From: an uncultured Acidimicrobiaceae bacterium
Lineage (GTDB): Bacteria > Actinomycetota > Acidimicrobiia > Spongiisociales > UBA5794
Direction: 5' to 3'
NCBI GenBank assembly: GCA_947258375.1
Contig: CAMYIJ010000013.1
Span: forward strand, 6,171-70,170
DNA: 64,000 bases
Under the pieces are notes generated by a model. The model saw only the letters and a program-made list of their open reading frames with translations. It did no database searches and was not told where the DNA came from. Positions 27,636 to 36,971 of this stretch are shown here, one piece after another. A program made the translations under genes and the position numbers. The first letter of the stretch is position 1. Every line of letters begins with the position of its first letter.

Positions 27636-30600
27636 ATGACGACATCTGCTCGCAATCGAAATGCCGCGCTAGTCGGAAGTGGCCTGATCGTCGTTCTGGT
27701 CCTCGCTCTGGTAGCCGCAGTGTGCACGCCCGGCGACGACGGTGACACCCCGACAGTAGAAGGAACAACGCCGGTGACCCCGACCACCCCTGACGCCGTC
27801 TTGGCCCTCGCCGCGCCCGGCGAGCCCCTGTCGGTGCAGCTCAGTGCCGGTACTGCCCAGAACACGGCCGAGGTCGAACCGATCAAGGTCGTCGAAGGGG
27901 AACATCTCGACGACACCGTCGTCGCCTCGATTTTCGATCGTTTGCCCGAATGGCTCCAGCCCGACGAGGACCGCCTCGACTTCAACCGACCGGCCGAGTC
28001 CTTGAAGCCGCCGCTCGTGGGCGACACGATCGACGTGCCCTTCCCCGTCGGAACCGACGATGCGCCTCCGACCGTTCCCACGGGCCCGCTGGAGGTTCTG
28101 CGATACCAGCCCGAAGGACCAGTCGACGTTGCCCCGTTCATCAGCATTACCTTCAACCAGCCGATGGTGCCGCTGGCCACCGTCGAGCAGCTCGACGCCC
28201 TCGAGGTCCCGGTGACCATCACGCCGGAACTGCCGGGCCGCTGGCAGTGGATCGGCACACGAACTTTGCGGTTCGAGCACGAGCCGGATCTGTTCGATCG
28301 GCTGCCCATGGCGACCGACTACCGGGTCGAGATTCCAGCAGGCACGGTTTCGCAAACCGGCGGCGAGCTGGCACAAACAGTGACCTGGGAGTTCAACACT
28401 CCTCCCATCCAGGTGCAGTCGCTCCAACCGCAGGGCGAGTCCCTGCCGCTCGAGCCGATCTTTCTCGCGGTCTTCGACCAGCGAGTCGACCCGACGGCGG
28501 TGCTAGAGACGATCAACCTGACCGCCGACGGAGATGAGCGAGCAATCCGGCTGGCAACCGCCGCGGAGATCGAGAACGACGAATTCGTCGGCAAGCGAGT
28601 CGACGGCCTGCTCGAGGACCGGTGGCTGGCCTTCCGCGCCGACGACGCCTTCCGCCCCGACACAGCCCTACAAATCGAGATCGGACCCGGCACCCCTTCC
28701 GCCGAGGGCCCCAAACTCACGACGGACGGCAGGTCGTTTTCGGCAAGGACCTATGCGCCGCTGCGCATCAGCGACTGGTCATGTCGAGGCAACGACCGCT
28801 GTGAGCCCGGCAGGCAGCTGTACATCGGCTTCAACAATCCACTCGACCTCGAGGCCTTCGACCGCTCCATGATCACCATCGAGCCGGAGCTTCCGGGCAT
28901 GTCGGTCCTCGCCCAACACAGCTCGATCACTATCCGCGGGGCGACGGTCGGGGGCACCACGTACACCGCCACCGTGGCCGGCAACGTGGCCGACATCTAC
29001 GGGCAGACCCTCGGTGATGACGAGGACGTGGAATTCCGGATCAACGACGCCAGGCCGTACCTCAACCAATTCAACGACAGGCTCATAACCCTCGATCCCC
29101 TGGCAACGAAACCCTCCCTGGCGGTCACTTCAGTAAACCACGACAAACTCCGCGTGCGGCTGTTCACGGTCGACATCGATGATTGGAACTCGTACATCGT
29201 CTTCCTGGAGCAGCAATGGGACGAGCGGCGCCACGACCCACCCGCGAACTGGACCGAAGCAGTTGACACGACGATCGACACCAACGCCGACGAGAACGAG
29301 CTCACCGAGACAACCGTCGACCTGAGCGAAGCGCTCGACGGTGAACCGGGCCACGTGATTGTGCTCATCGAGCCGACCGGGCGGCTGGCCGACCTGCCGC
29401 GCGACGACCGCGACTATTGGAGCAACCGCCCCATCGTCGTCTGGGCGCAGTCGACCACCATCAGCGCCGACGGCTTCTCCGACGACGATGAATTGCTGGT
29501 GTGGGCCACCGATCTGCGCAACGGCGAACCCCTAGGCGATGTCGTTGTGACCCTCGCCGGCTCGAACGCGGCCGCAACCACGAACTCGGACGGCCTGGCC
29601 CGCCTGTCCAAACCGGCGTCCTCGACCGACAACGGCTACCTACTGGCCCGCCGCGGCGACGACAGCGCTCTCCTCGATTCGACCTGGCACTGGCATGAAC
29701 CCTCCGACCAATCTCTCTGGTACGTCTTCGACGACCGCCAGATGTACCGGCCGGGCGAGACCGCCCACTTCAAGGGCTGGGTCCGCCGGCTGACGACCAG
29801 CGACGACGCCCAGCTAGCGGCTGTTGGGCCTGATGCGTCGGTCTCTTATCAGGCACATGATTGGTACGGCAACGAGATCGCTACCGGCAAAGTTGCCCTC
29901 AATGCACTTGGCGGATTCGACTTCGAGGTTGAGATTCCCGCCGGCGCCAACCTGGGCCAGGCGGCTGTCAACCTGACGCTCAAACGCGCCGTCGGGCTGC
30001 ACAACAGCCATCACCACAGCTTCCAGATCCAGGAGTTCCGCCGCCCCGAGTTCGAGGTCACGACCCGGGCCGAGACGGAAGGGCCGTACGTTGCAGGCAA
30101 GCCGGCCACCGTTGCCGTCGAGGCCGCCTACTTCTCCGGGGGACCACTACCGGACGCTCCTGTCGAATGGACCGTCACCACCCGTGAAGCCACGTATGCA
30201 CCGCCGAATTGGGACGACTTCACCTTCGGCGTGTGGATCCCGTGGTGGTTCGACAACTTCTACTTCGACGATGTCGGGTACGGACGCGGCGTCGCCTACG
30301 AGGCCGACTACGGCGGTGACATCTGGCCGCCGGTCGACCCGGGCAAGGTGGAGACGTTTGCCGGGTTTACGGACGGCGCCGGCGCCCACTATCTCCGGAT
30401 GGATTTTGGGGGCAACGGCGAAGGCCTGCCCACGACCGTCTCGTCTCAGGCGACCGTATTCGACGTCAACCGCCAGGCGTGGGCGTCGGGGATCGACCTG
30501 CTGGTCCACCCCGGCGAGCTGTATGTGGGGCTGCGGAGTCAGCGCACGTTCGTCGAGACCGGCGACCCGCTGATCATCGAAGCCATCGTCACTGACATCG

Positions 30601-33600
30601 ACGGAGCCGCAGTCGCCGAGCGCGGGGTCACCGTCAAGGCAGGCCGGCTCGAGTGGCAAATCATCGACGGCGAGTGGCAAGAGGTTCCCGTCGACGTTCA
30701 GACCTGTGAGGTCACCTCCGCCGACGAGGCCGTCGAGTGCCGCTTCACGACCGACATCGGCGGGACGTACCGGATCACAGCAACGGTGGCCGATGACGCC
30801 GGCCGTTCCAGCAAGACCGAGTTCACCCGGTGGGTGACCGGCGGCGACCGGCGACCGGAACGCAACGTGGTCCACGAAGAGGTCACGTTGATCCCCGACA
30901 AGCAGGAGTACTCCCCCGGTGATCGGGCGGAGATTCTGGTGGAGGCGCCGTTCGGCGGGGCCGAGGGTCTGCTGACCGTCAGCCGCAACGGGTTTGTCAC
31001 CACAGAGTCGTTCAGCATCGAGGGAACCAGCACTGTGCTGACTGTCCCCATCAAGGATGAGTACATCCCCAACGTGCACATCCAGGTCGACCTGGTTGGC
31101 GCCACCGGGAGGACCACCGACAAGGGCGACCCGCTTCCCGATGCTCCGGACCGCCCGGCGTTCGCCGTAGGCCGCCTCAACCTGCAGGTCCCGCCGCTCA
31201 GCCGCACTTTGGCGGTGGCTGCCGCGCCGGCAGACGCGACGATCGAGCCGGGTGGCACCACCCGGGTCGATGTCACCGTGACCGACGCCGCCGGCAACCC
31301 TGTTGATGGCGCGGAGCTGGCGGTGGTTGTCGTCGACGAGGCCGTGCTCGCTCTGAGCAGCTATGAGCTACCCGACCCGATCAGCATCTTCTACCGGCCG
31401 ATCGACTCGCGGATTTCGAGCCGCTATCTACGGGACTCGATCGAGCTGGCCAACCCGGATCTGCTCGCCGGCGGCGACGATGGCGCCTCGGTTGCCAGCA
31501 CGACGATGGCACCCGGTGGATTCGAGGAAGCGTCCGCCGATCTGGCGGCCCCGGCAGCGGAACTCAGAGCCGCCGGGCAATCGCTCGGCGACGAGGACGC
31601 CGGGCCAGGTGGCGCCATCGATGTCCGCACCAACTTCGACGCCCTGGCAGTCTTCGCTCCCGACGTCACTACCGATGCCGCCGGAAGCGCCACGATCGAC
31701 GTGCCGCTGCCGGACAATCTCACCCGCTACCGCGTGATGGTCGTGGCCGTCGACGGCGCCGACCAGTTCGGCTCCACCGAGTCGAACATCACCGCTCGCC
31801 TGCCTTTGATGGTGCGGCCCTCGGCACCCCGCTTCCTCAACTTCGGCGACGAGTTCGAGCTGCCCGTTGTGCTCCAGAACCAGACGGATGAGGACCTGAC
31901 CGTCGAGGCCGTGATCCAGACCGCCAACCTGAGCCTGACGGCCGGAGCCGGCCGCCGGGTGACGGTGCCGGCCAACGATCGCATCGAGATCCGCTTCCCG
32001 GCCGCCGCCGAGGACGTCGGCACCGCCCGCTTCCGGGTGGCGGCGGTCAGCGGGGCTCTGGCCGATGCCGCCACCATCGCGCTGCCGGTGTACACGCCCG
32101 CCACAACCGAGGCGTTCGCCACGTACGGCGTCGTCGACTCCGGAGTCATCGCCCAGCCGGTGCTGGCCCCTGAGGGTGTGTTCCCGCAGTTCGGCGGCCT
32201 GGAGGTCAACACGTCGTCTACCGCGCTGCAGGCTCTCACCGACGCCGTCATCTACCTCAACGACTACCGCTACGAGAGCGCCGACGCGCTGGCCTCCCGC
32301 ATCCTGGCGATCGCAGCGCTGCGGGACGTGCTCGAGGCGTTCGACGCCGAGCAACTGCCCTCGGCCGCCGAGCTCAACGCTCGGGTCGCCGACGACGTCG
32401 AGGCGCTCCTCCGGCTTCAAACCAACCAGGGCGGCTTCGCCATCTGGCGCCGCACCAACGAGACAATCCCCTATCACAGCATTCAGGCCACCCATGCCCT
32501 CGTCGAGGCCGAAGCCAACGGCTACACGGTGCCGCGCCAGAACCTCGATCAGGCCCTGTGGTATCTGACCAACATCGAAGATTTCTACCCGTCCGATTAC
32601 GGCCAGAAGTTGCGGGACACGCTGAGCGCCTATGCACTGCACGTCCGGGCTGTTTCTGGAGACCGCGACACGAACAAGGCCAACCAGCTGTACCGCCGGG
32701 CGGGCAATGATCTGGCGCTCGACGCACTCGCCTGGCTGTGGCCTGTCGTTGACACCGCGGGCGCCGATGCCGAGATCGAGCGACGTTTCCTCAACCAGGC
32801 CACCGAGACCGCCGCGGCGGCGACCTTCACCACCAGCTACGGCGAGAACGCCTACTTGATCCTGCACTCAGATCGCCGCACCGACGGCATCATCCTCGAT
32901 GCCCTGATCTCCGAGGCCCCGAACAGCGATCTCATCCCCAAGGTCGTGACCGGATTGCTCGGCCACCAGACCCGGGGGCGCTGGAACAACGTGCAGGAGA
33001 ACTCGTTCATCCTGCTGGCGCTGAACAACTACTTCGACACATTTGAGGCCACCACCCCGGACTTCATCGCCCGGATCTGGTTGGGCGACATCTACGCCGC
33101 CGAGCACGAATTCACCGGCCGCACCACCGACCGCGCCGAGACGATCGTGCCGATGGCCGAACTGCTCGAACAGACCTCCGGCGGCGAGAGCAATCTCGTC
33201 GTCAGCAAGGACGGCGCCGGCCGCCTGTACTACAGGCTCGGCCTGCGCTACGCCCCCGACGATCTCGATCTCGACCCGCTCGACCGGGGTTTCGTCGTCC
33301 AGCGCAGCTACGAGGCGATCGATGATCCCGATGACGTGACTCGCGACGCCGACGGAACCTGGCGCATCAAGCCGGGTGCCGAAGTGCGGGTGCGGCTCAC
33401 CATGGTCGCCGACAGCCGCCGCACCCATGTGGCCCTCGTCGACCCGATGCCGGCAGGCTTCGAGGCCCTCAACCCGGCGCTTGCCGTCACTCCACCGATC
33501 CCCCGGGAAGAGTTCGGGGACGACGGCTTCGGCCCTGAGGTCCGCTGGACGTTCTGGTGGTGGCAGTGGTACGAGCATCAGAACCTGCGCGACGACCGGG

Positions 33601-33770
33601 CGGAGGCTTTCGCCTCACTGCTGTGGGCCGGCACCTACGACTACACCTACGTGGCCCGCGCAACGACGCCGGGAACCTTCGTAGTGCCACCGACCAAGGC
33701 CGAGGAGATCTACGCCCCCGAAACCTTCGGCCGATCCGGCTCCGACATCGTGGTGGTCGGTTCGAGCTGA
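27636..33770 (+). CDS. Bacterial alpha-2-macroglobulin family protein (about 2044 aa, membrane-anchored, thioester motif absent)
   Basis: GGAGG RBS 5 nt upstream of ATG 27636; N-terminal anchor ...LVAAVC; MG-domain motif MYRPGETAHFKGW; the region aligning to the CGEQ thioester reads YESA. The track ORF start at 27408 is upstream junk. Confidence 0.85.
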   Translation: MTTSARNRNAALVGSGLIVVLVLALVAAVCTPGDDGDTPTVEGTTPVTPTTPDAVLALAAPGEPLSVQLSAGTAQNTAEVEPIKVVEGEHLDDTVVASIFDRLPEWLQPDEDRLDFNRPAESLKPPLVGDTIDVPFPVGTDDAPPTVPTGPLEVLRYQPEGPVDVAPFISITFNQPMVPLATVEQLDALEVPVTITPELPGRWQWIGTRTLRFEHEPDLFDRLPMATDYRVEIPAGTVSQTGGELAQTVTWEFNTPPIQVQSLQPQGESLPLEPIFLAVFDQRVDPTAVLETINLTADGDERAIRLATAAEIENDEFVGKRVDGLLEDRWLAFRADDAFRPDTALQIEIGPGTPSAEGPKLTTDGRSFSARTYAPLRISDWSCRGNDRCEPGRQLYIGFNNPLDLEAFDRSMITIEPELPGMSVLAQHSSITIRGATVGGTTYTATVAGNVADIYGQTLGDDEDVEFRINDARPYLNQFNDRLITLDPLATKPSLAVTSVNHDKLRVRLFTVDIDDWNSYIVFLEQQWDERRHDPPANWTEAVDTTIDTNADENELTETTVDLSEALDGEPGHVIVLIEPTGRLADLPRDDRDYWSNRPIVVWAQSTTISADGFSDDDELLVWATDLRNGEPLGDVVVTLAGSNAAATTNSDGLARLSKPASSTDNGYLLARRGDDSALLDSTWHWHEPSDQSLWYVFDDRQMYRPGETAHFKGWVRRLTTSDDAQLAAVGPDASVSYQAHDWYGNEIATGKVALNALGGFDFEVEIPAGANLGQAAVNLTLKRAVGLHNSHHHSFQIQEFRRPEFEVTTRAETEGPYVAGKPATVAVEAAYFSGGPLPDAPVEWTVTTREATYAPPNWDDFTFGVWIPWWFDNFYFDDVGYGRGVAYEADYGGDIWPPVDPGKVETFAGFTDGAGAHYLRMDFGGNGEGLPTTVSSQATVFDVNRQAWASGIDLLVHPGELYVGLRSQRTFVETGDPLIIEAIVTDIDGAAVAERGVTVKAGRLEWQIIDGEWQEVPVDVQTCEVTSADEAVECRFTTDIGGTYRITATVADDAGRSSKTEFTRWVTGGDRRPERNVVHEEVTLIPDKQEYSPGDRAEILVEAPFGGAEGLLTVSRNGFVTTESFSIEGTSTVLTVPIKDEYIPNVHIQVDLVGATGRTTDKGDPLPDAPDRPAFAVGRLNLQVPPLSRTLAVAAAPADATIEPGGTTRVDVTVTDAAGNPVDGAELAVVVVDEAVLALSSYELPDPISIFYRPIDSRISSRYLRDSIELANPDLLAGGDDGASVASTTMAPGGFEEASADLAAPAAELRAAGQSLGDEDAGPGGAIDVRTNFDALAVFAPDVTTDAAGSATIDVPLPDNLTRYRVMVVAVDGADQFGSTESNITARLPLMVRPSAPRFLNFGDEFELPVVLQNQTDEDLTVEAVIQTANLSLTAGAGRRVTVPANDRIEIRFPAAAEDVGTARFRVAAVSGALADAATIALPVYTPATTEAFATYGVVDSGVIAQPVLAPEGVFPQFGGLEVNTSSTALQALTDAVIYLNDYRYESADALASRILAIAALRDVLEAFDAEQLPSAAELNARVADDVEALLRLQTNQGGFAIWRRTNETIPYHSIQATHALVEAEANGYTVPRQNLDQALWYLTNIEDFYPSDYGQKLRDTLSAYALHVRAVSGDRDTNKANQLYRRAGNDLALDALAWLWPVVDTAGADAEIERRFLNQATETAAAATFTTSYGENAYLILHSDRRTDGIILDALISEAPNSDLIPKVVTGLLGHQTRGRWNNVQENSFILLALNNYFDTFEATTPDFIARIWLGDIYAAEHEFTGRTTDRAETIVPMAELLEQTSGGESNLVVSKDGAGRLYYRLGLRYAPDDLDLDPLDRGFVVQRSYEAIDDPDDVTRDADGTWRIKPGAEVRVRLTMVADSRRTHVALVDPMPAGFEALNPALAVTPPIPREEFGDDGFGPEVRWTFWWWQWYEHQNLRDDRAEAFASLLWAGTYDYTYVARATTPGTFVVPPTKAEEIYAPETFGRSGSDIVVVGSS

Positions 33771-34288
33771 TCTGCTGGGGCTTCAGCAGCACCCGCGACG
33801 TGAAGCCGGAGAGCATGTTTGGTGTCGTGCAGCTGGACGAGGCGAGCCACGGAAGGGGGAAGGAGCGCCATGACGAGGTCGATTGGAACCACCTCTGGCT
33901 CATCGACGGTGACACTGCGGCCCTCGATTTCCACGACACCCTGACCGGCAGCTTTCAGGTTGCGCAACCAGTCAACTCCCGTGCCGTAGGGCAGCGGGAC
34001 GATGATGGTTTCCTCCGATCGGTGAGCCGTCAAGGGTGTCACATAGGCCATCCTCGACCGCCTACCGACGTGATGGAGCAACGCGGCGTGCGCCGACCGC
34101 CCCGAGAAGAATCGGACCATCACCGGATTGATCACATGCTTGTTGAAGCGCTTGAGGAGGCGAAGCGCTCGGGGGCTGCCGAGGCGAAATGCCCACGTCA
34201 TCAGCAGAATCTCAACGAACTCCACGACGGCGACCACGCCGAGCACCACGACCAGCACCTTGACCAGCACCTTGACGAGCCTGCGCAT
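33710..34288 (-). CDS. F420-dependent nitroreductase-family protein (DUF385 / Ddn-like)
   Basis: ...LRLLKRFNKHVINPVMVRFF...LLHHVGRRSRMAYVTPL...GVDWLRNLKAAGQGVVEI matches DUF385. An alternative start at 34201 (MTWAF...) would drop the repetitive VKVLVKVL segment. The 3' end overlaps the alpha-2-macroglobulin gene by 61 nt (convergent). Confidence 0.7.
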   Translation of the reverse strand: MRRLVKVLVKVLVVVLGVVAVVEFVEILLMTWAFRLGSPRALRLLKRFNKHVINPVMVRFFSGRSAHAALLHHVGRRSRMAYVTPLTAHRSEETIIVPLPYGTGVDWLRNLKAAGQGVVEIEGRSVTVDEPEVVPIDLVMALLPPSVARLVQLHDTKHALRLHVAGAAEAPADQLEPTTTMSEPDRPKVSGA

Positions 34289-34398
34289 CACGCACCCCGG
34301 TTCTCTTAGGCCTATCCCCACCTTCAGGCTACCGCCGCGACCACTTCGCGTGAAGCAGAATCCGGCCGAACCGACCCGACCCGACATGGCTGTCGCGA

Positions 34399-35223
34399 CT
34401 AGCGACCCGTTGACTCTGCCACGAACGTGGCGACCGCCTCGATGACCCCCGGGCCGGACACCAGTGCGGCATCGTTGTGATCGGCACCGGAGATCGCCAC
34501 GAGTTGGTCGCAGCCCGGTGCGGCCTCGCAGATCTCCCGGCTCTGCCCGATCGGCACCATGGTGTCGGCATCTCCGGCAAAGACCAGCGTCGGGGCCAAC
34601 ACGGACTTGATGCGCTCGTCGGACGGGAACCGGTCCTTGAGCAGGCTGCCGACCGGCAGCCATGGGTAATGGACGCGTCCAACGTCGGCCATTGAGGTGA
34701 ACGGCGATCGCAGGATCAGCGCCGCCGGTGGATCGACGGTCGCCAGCTCGATAGCGACGGCGGCGCCAAGTGACTCGCCGAAGTAGATCAGTTCAACCCC
34801 GGCCGCCCGTTCTCGCACGAATGCCAGCGCCGCTCTGGCGTCACGAGCGAGCCCGCTCTCCGTCGGACTGCCAGGGTTGCCCCCGTACCCGCGGTAGTCG
34901 GTCAGGAGCACGCCCAATCCACGACCGGCCAGACGGCGGCCAAGTGAGGATCGATCGGCTCGGTTCCCGGCGTTACCGCTGAAGACCACCACCACCGGCC
35001 GACCCGGCTCCGGTTCGCGGTACCAGCCTTCCAGCGTGAGACCGTCCGTTGTCTCGTAGGAAACGTCCTCCCATCCCACGCCCATGACCGCCACGGAGGG
35101 AGCGGCTCGATCGGGGAAGTAGATGAGCCGACGCTGGAGCGCCCACAGACCCATGACCGATGCCAGCACGACGCCGAGCGCGACGAGCGTGCCCAATACC
35201 TTCCTCCTCGGTCGTATGGCCAT
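34399..35223 (-). CDS. Alpha/beta-fold hydrolase
   Basis: N-terminal TM/signal; GESLG nucleophile elbow (GxSxG); ...GADHND... His region. Confidence 0.85.
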   Translation of the reverse strand: MAIRPRRKVLGTLVALGVVLASVMGLWALQRRLIYFPDRAAPSVAVMGVGWEDVSYETTDGLTLEGWYREPEPGRPVVVVFSGNAGNRADRSSLGRRLAGRGLGVLLTDYRGYGGNPGSPTESGLARDARAALAFVRERAAGVELIYFGESLGAAVAIELATVDPPAALILRSPFTSMADVGRVHYPWLPVGSLLKDRFPSDERIKSVLAPTLVFAGDADTMVPIGQSREICEAAPGCDQLVAISGADHNDAALVSGPGVIEAVATFVAESTGR

Positions 35224-35246
35224 GAGTCACTTCCACTATCGCAGAT

Positions 35247-35298
35247 CCGTTCTTGCGGACATACGCGCCATATCCTGCGGGGAGATCCGCAAGAACGG
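35247..35298. repeat. 13-bp inverted repeat with a 26-nt spacer, between the sulfatase-like and alpha/beta-hydrolase genes
   Basis: ccgttcttgcgga-N26-tccgcaagaacgg; 24 nt upstream of the alpha/beta-hydrolase start (minus strand). Confidence 0.5.
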
Positions 35299-35321
35299 GA
35301 GGGGGGAGGAGATGGAGCTAC

Positions 35322-36899
35322 CTAGCCGCCGTCGCCGACGATCACCGACGTGATGTCGATGGCCTCGCCCATGCCGTCCTCGTCGATCCAGAGGTTCCGG
35401 TCCGGCACCTCGGCCAGGCCCGCATCCAGAACACAATTCGCCAGCAGGCGGGCTCCATTGACCGGCGTGATATCAGGTCTGACGGCGGCCGCACAGCCGG
35501 GGAATCGATAGGCACTGAAGATGTTCATCCTCTCCGCGAGAGCCTCGGCGGAAATGTCCGCATAGGAGCCGTCCGGGTTCATCGTCGTGAGCGGACCGTG
35601 ATCGCCTGTGATCATGATGGCCGCATCCGGATACGCCGCGATGTATCGATCGATGGCGTCGAGAACCAGGCGATTAACACATGTGACCTGCGCCCCATAC
35701 CTACCGCGCCGCTCATCGAGCAGGTCGGACTGAACGCCCCAGATCGCCAGGGGGCCGTCGTCGACTCGCGAGCAGTCGGCGGCCAACCTGAGCGGGAAGT
35801 GGGGAAGCAAGAAGTGAGCGAACGTGAACCGCGGTTCATCGCCCGGGGTCGGCCGAACAACGTAGTCGCCAAGATCCTGAAGTTGGCTAATGGACAGGCT
35901 GTTGAACGGATCCGCCCAGATCATCTCAACGAGCGGCGAGAAGATGGTCATGCGTCCAAGGTTCCACAGCGTTCGTGCCATCAACCCTTCGCGAATACAC
36001 CAGTCAATGCTGGGACCGCACTGCGAACCGGCCCACGCGTTCTGGATGTAGGCCGTCTCGTATCCGGCTTGCTCGAAGAGCGGGACCAACCCGACGGAGC
36101 CGGTCAGGGCGGCGCGCATCAACTCCAGCTCGTCTTCGGTTATCTCACCGGCCTCGATGGTGTAGTCGAGATTGAGCATCGCGGCAATCGAGCCGTAGGT
36201 GAACGGGTAGTTGGCTGTGGCTTCGCTCGCGACAGTGAACCCACGTTGCTCGAGATCCTCGACGAAGCCGGTGATGTCCGTATCGAACAGATCCGCCAGG
36301 TCGTCCTGGCGTCCGTATGCGTCGAACACGATCAGCAGCGTATGGGAGCCGTCACTACTGACGGCCTGAGGTTCGCCGTGTGCCGGACCCGGAACCCTGA
36401 GCGACCAGTCGATCGAACCCAGCACGAAACACGCCACCAGTAAGGCGCCGCCGATGACGAGGATGAATGGAGTCTCTTCGGCGAGTCGCACCGCGAACCA
36501 GATGAGCGCTCCCGCGATCAGAACGGGGACAAGCTCGCCCACAAACGAAAGGCCCACGACATCGGCGATCTCGCCACCGATGAAGGTGAGCGTTCGCCAC
36601 TGGAAGCCGACCATCACCAGGACCGCGGTCAGGCCCAGAGTCCAGCGTATCGACCGACCGCCCAGCCGCTGCAGCGCCAGGAGAATCGCCGCGGCGCACA
36701 CCGCAACCACCAGCGTCATGGTGACAAAGATGTCGATGCGCAACGGATGCGGCCGATTGGCCGCGGCGAACCACAGTGCCGGAAGCAGCACAGCGAGCAC
36801 GACGGGCAGCACCCATAGCACCAGGTGTGTCGCGCCGGCGGCGTCCGGCCTTTGATCGTCCTCGTCCGCCGACGAGACGAGATCATCACTCGAGTTCAC
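35322..36899 (-). CDS. Sulfatase-like hydrolase/transferase with N-terminal multi-TM domain (LTA-synthase / phosphoglycerol-transferase-like architecture)
   Basis: Five N-terminal TM helices, then an alkaline-phosphatase-superfamily domain (...LLIVFDAYGRQD..., ...ITGDHGP...). Confidence 0.75.
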   Translation of the reverse strand: MNSSDDLVSSADEDDQRPDAAGATHLVLWVLPVVLAVLLPALWFAAANRPHPLRIDIFVTMTLVVAVCAAAILLALQRLGGRSIRWTLGLTAVLVMVGFQWRTLTFIGGEIADVVGLSFVGELVPVLIAGALIWFAVRLAEETPFILVIGGALLVACFVLGSIDWSLRVPGPAHGEPQAVSSDGSHTLLIVFDAYGRQDDLADLFDTDITGFVEDLEQRGFTVASEATANYPFTYGSIAAMLNLDYTIEAGEITEDELELMRAALTGSVGLVPLFEQAGYETAYIQNAWAGSQCGPSIDWCIREGLMARTLWNLGRMTIFSPLVEMIWADPFNSLSISQLQDLGDYVVRPTPGDEPRFTFAHFLLPHFPLRLAADCSRVDDGPLAIWGVQSDLLDERRGRYGAQVTCVNRLVLDAIDRYIAAYPDAAIMITGDHGPLTTMNPDGSYADISAEALAERMNIFSAYRFPGCAAAVRPDITPVNGARLLANCVLDAGLAEVPDRNLWIDEDGMGEAIDITSVIVGDGG

Positions 36900-36971
36900 C
36901 CGTTGATCGTAGAAGGTGCACCGGGGAGCCCCGACGCAATCGCCCCGATTGACGAACCCACGAGGGCTCGC

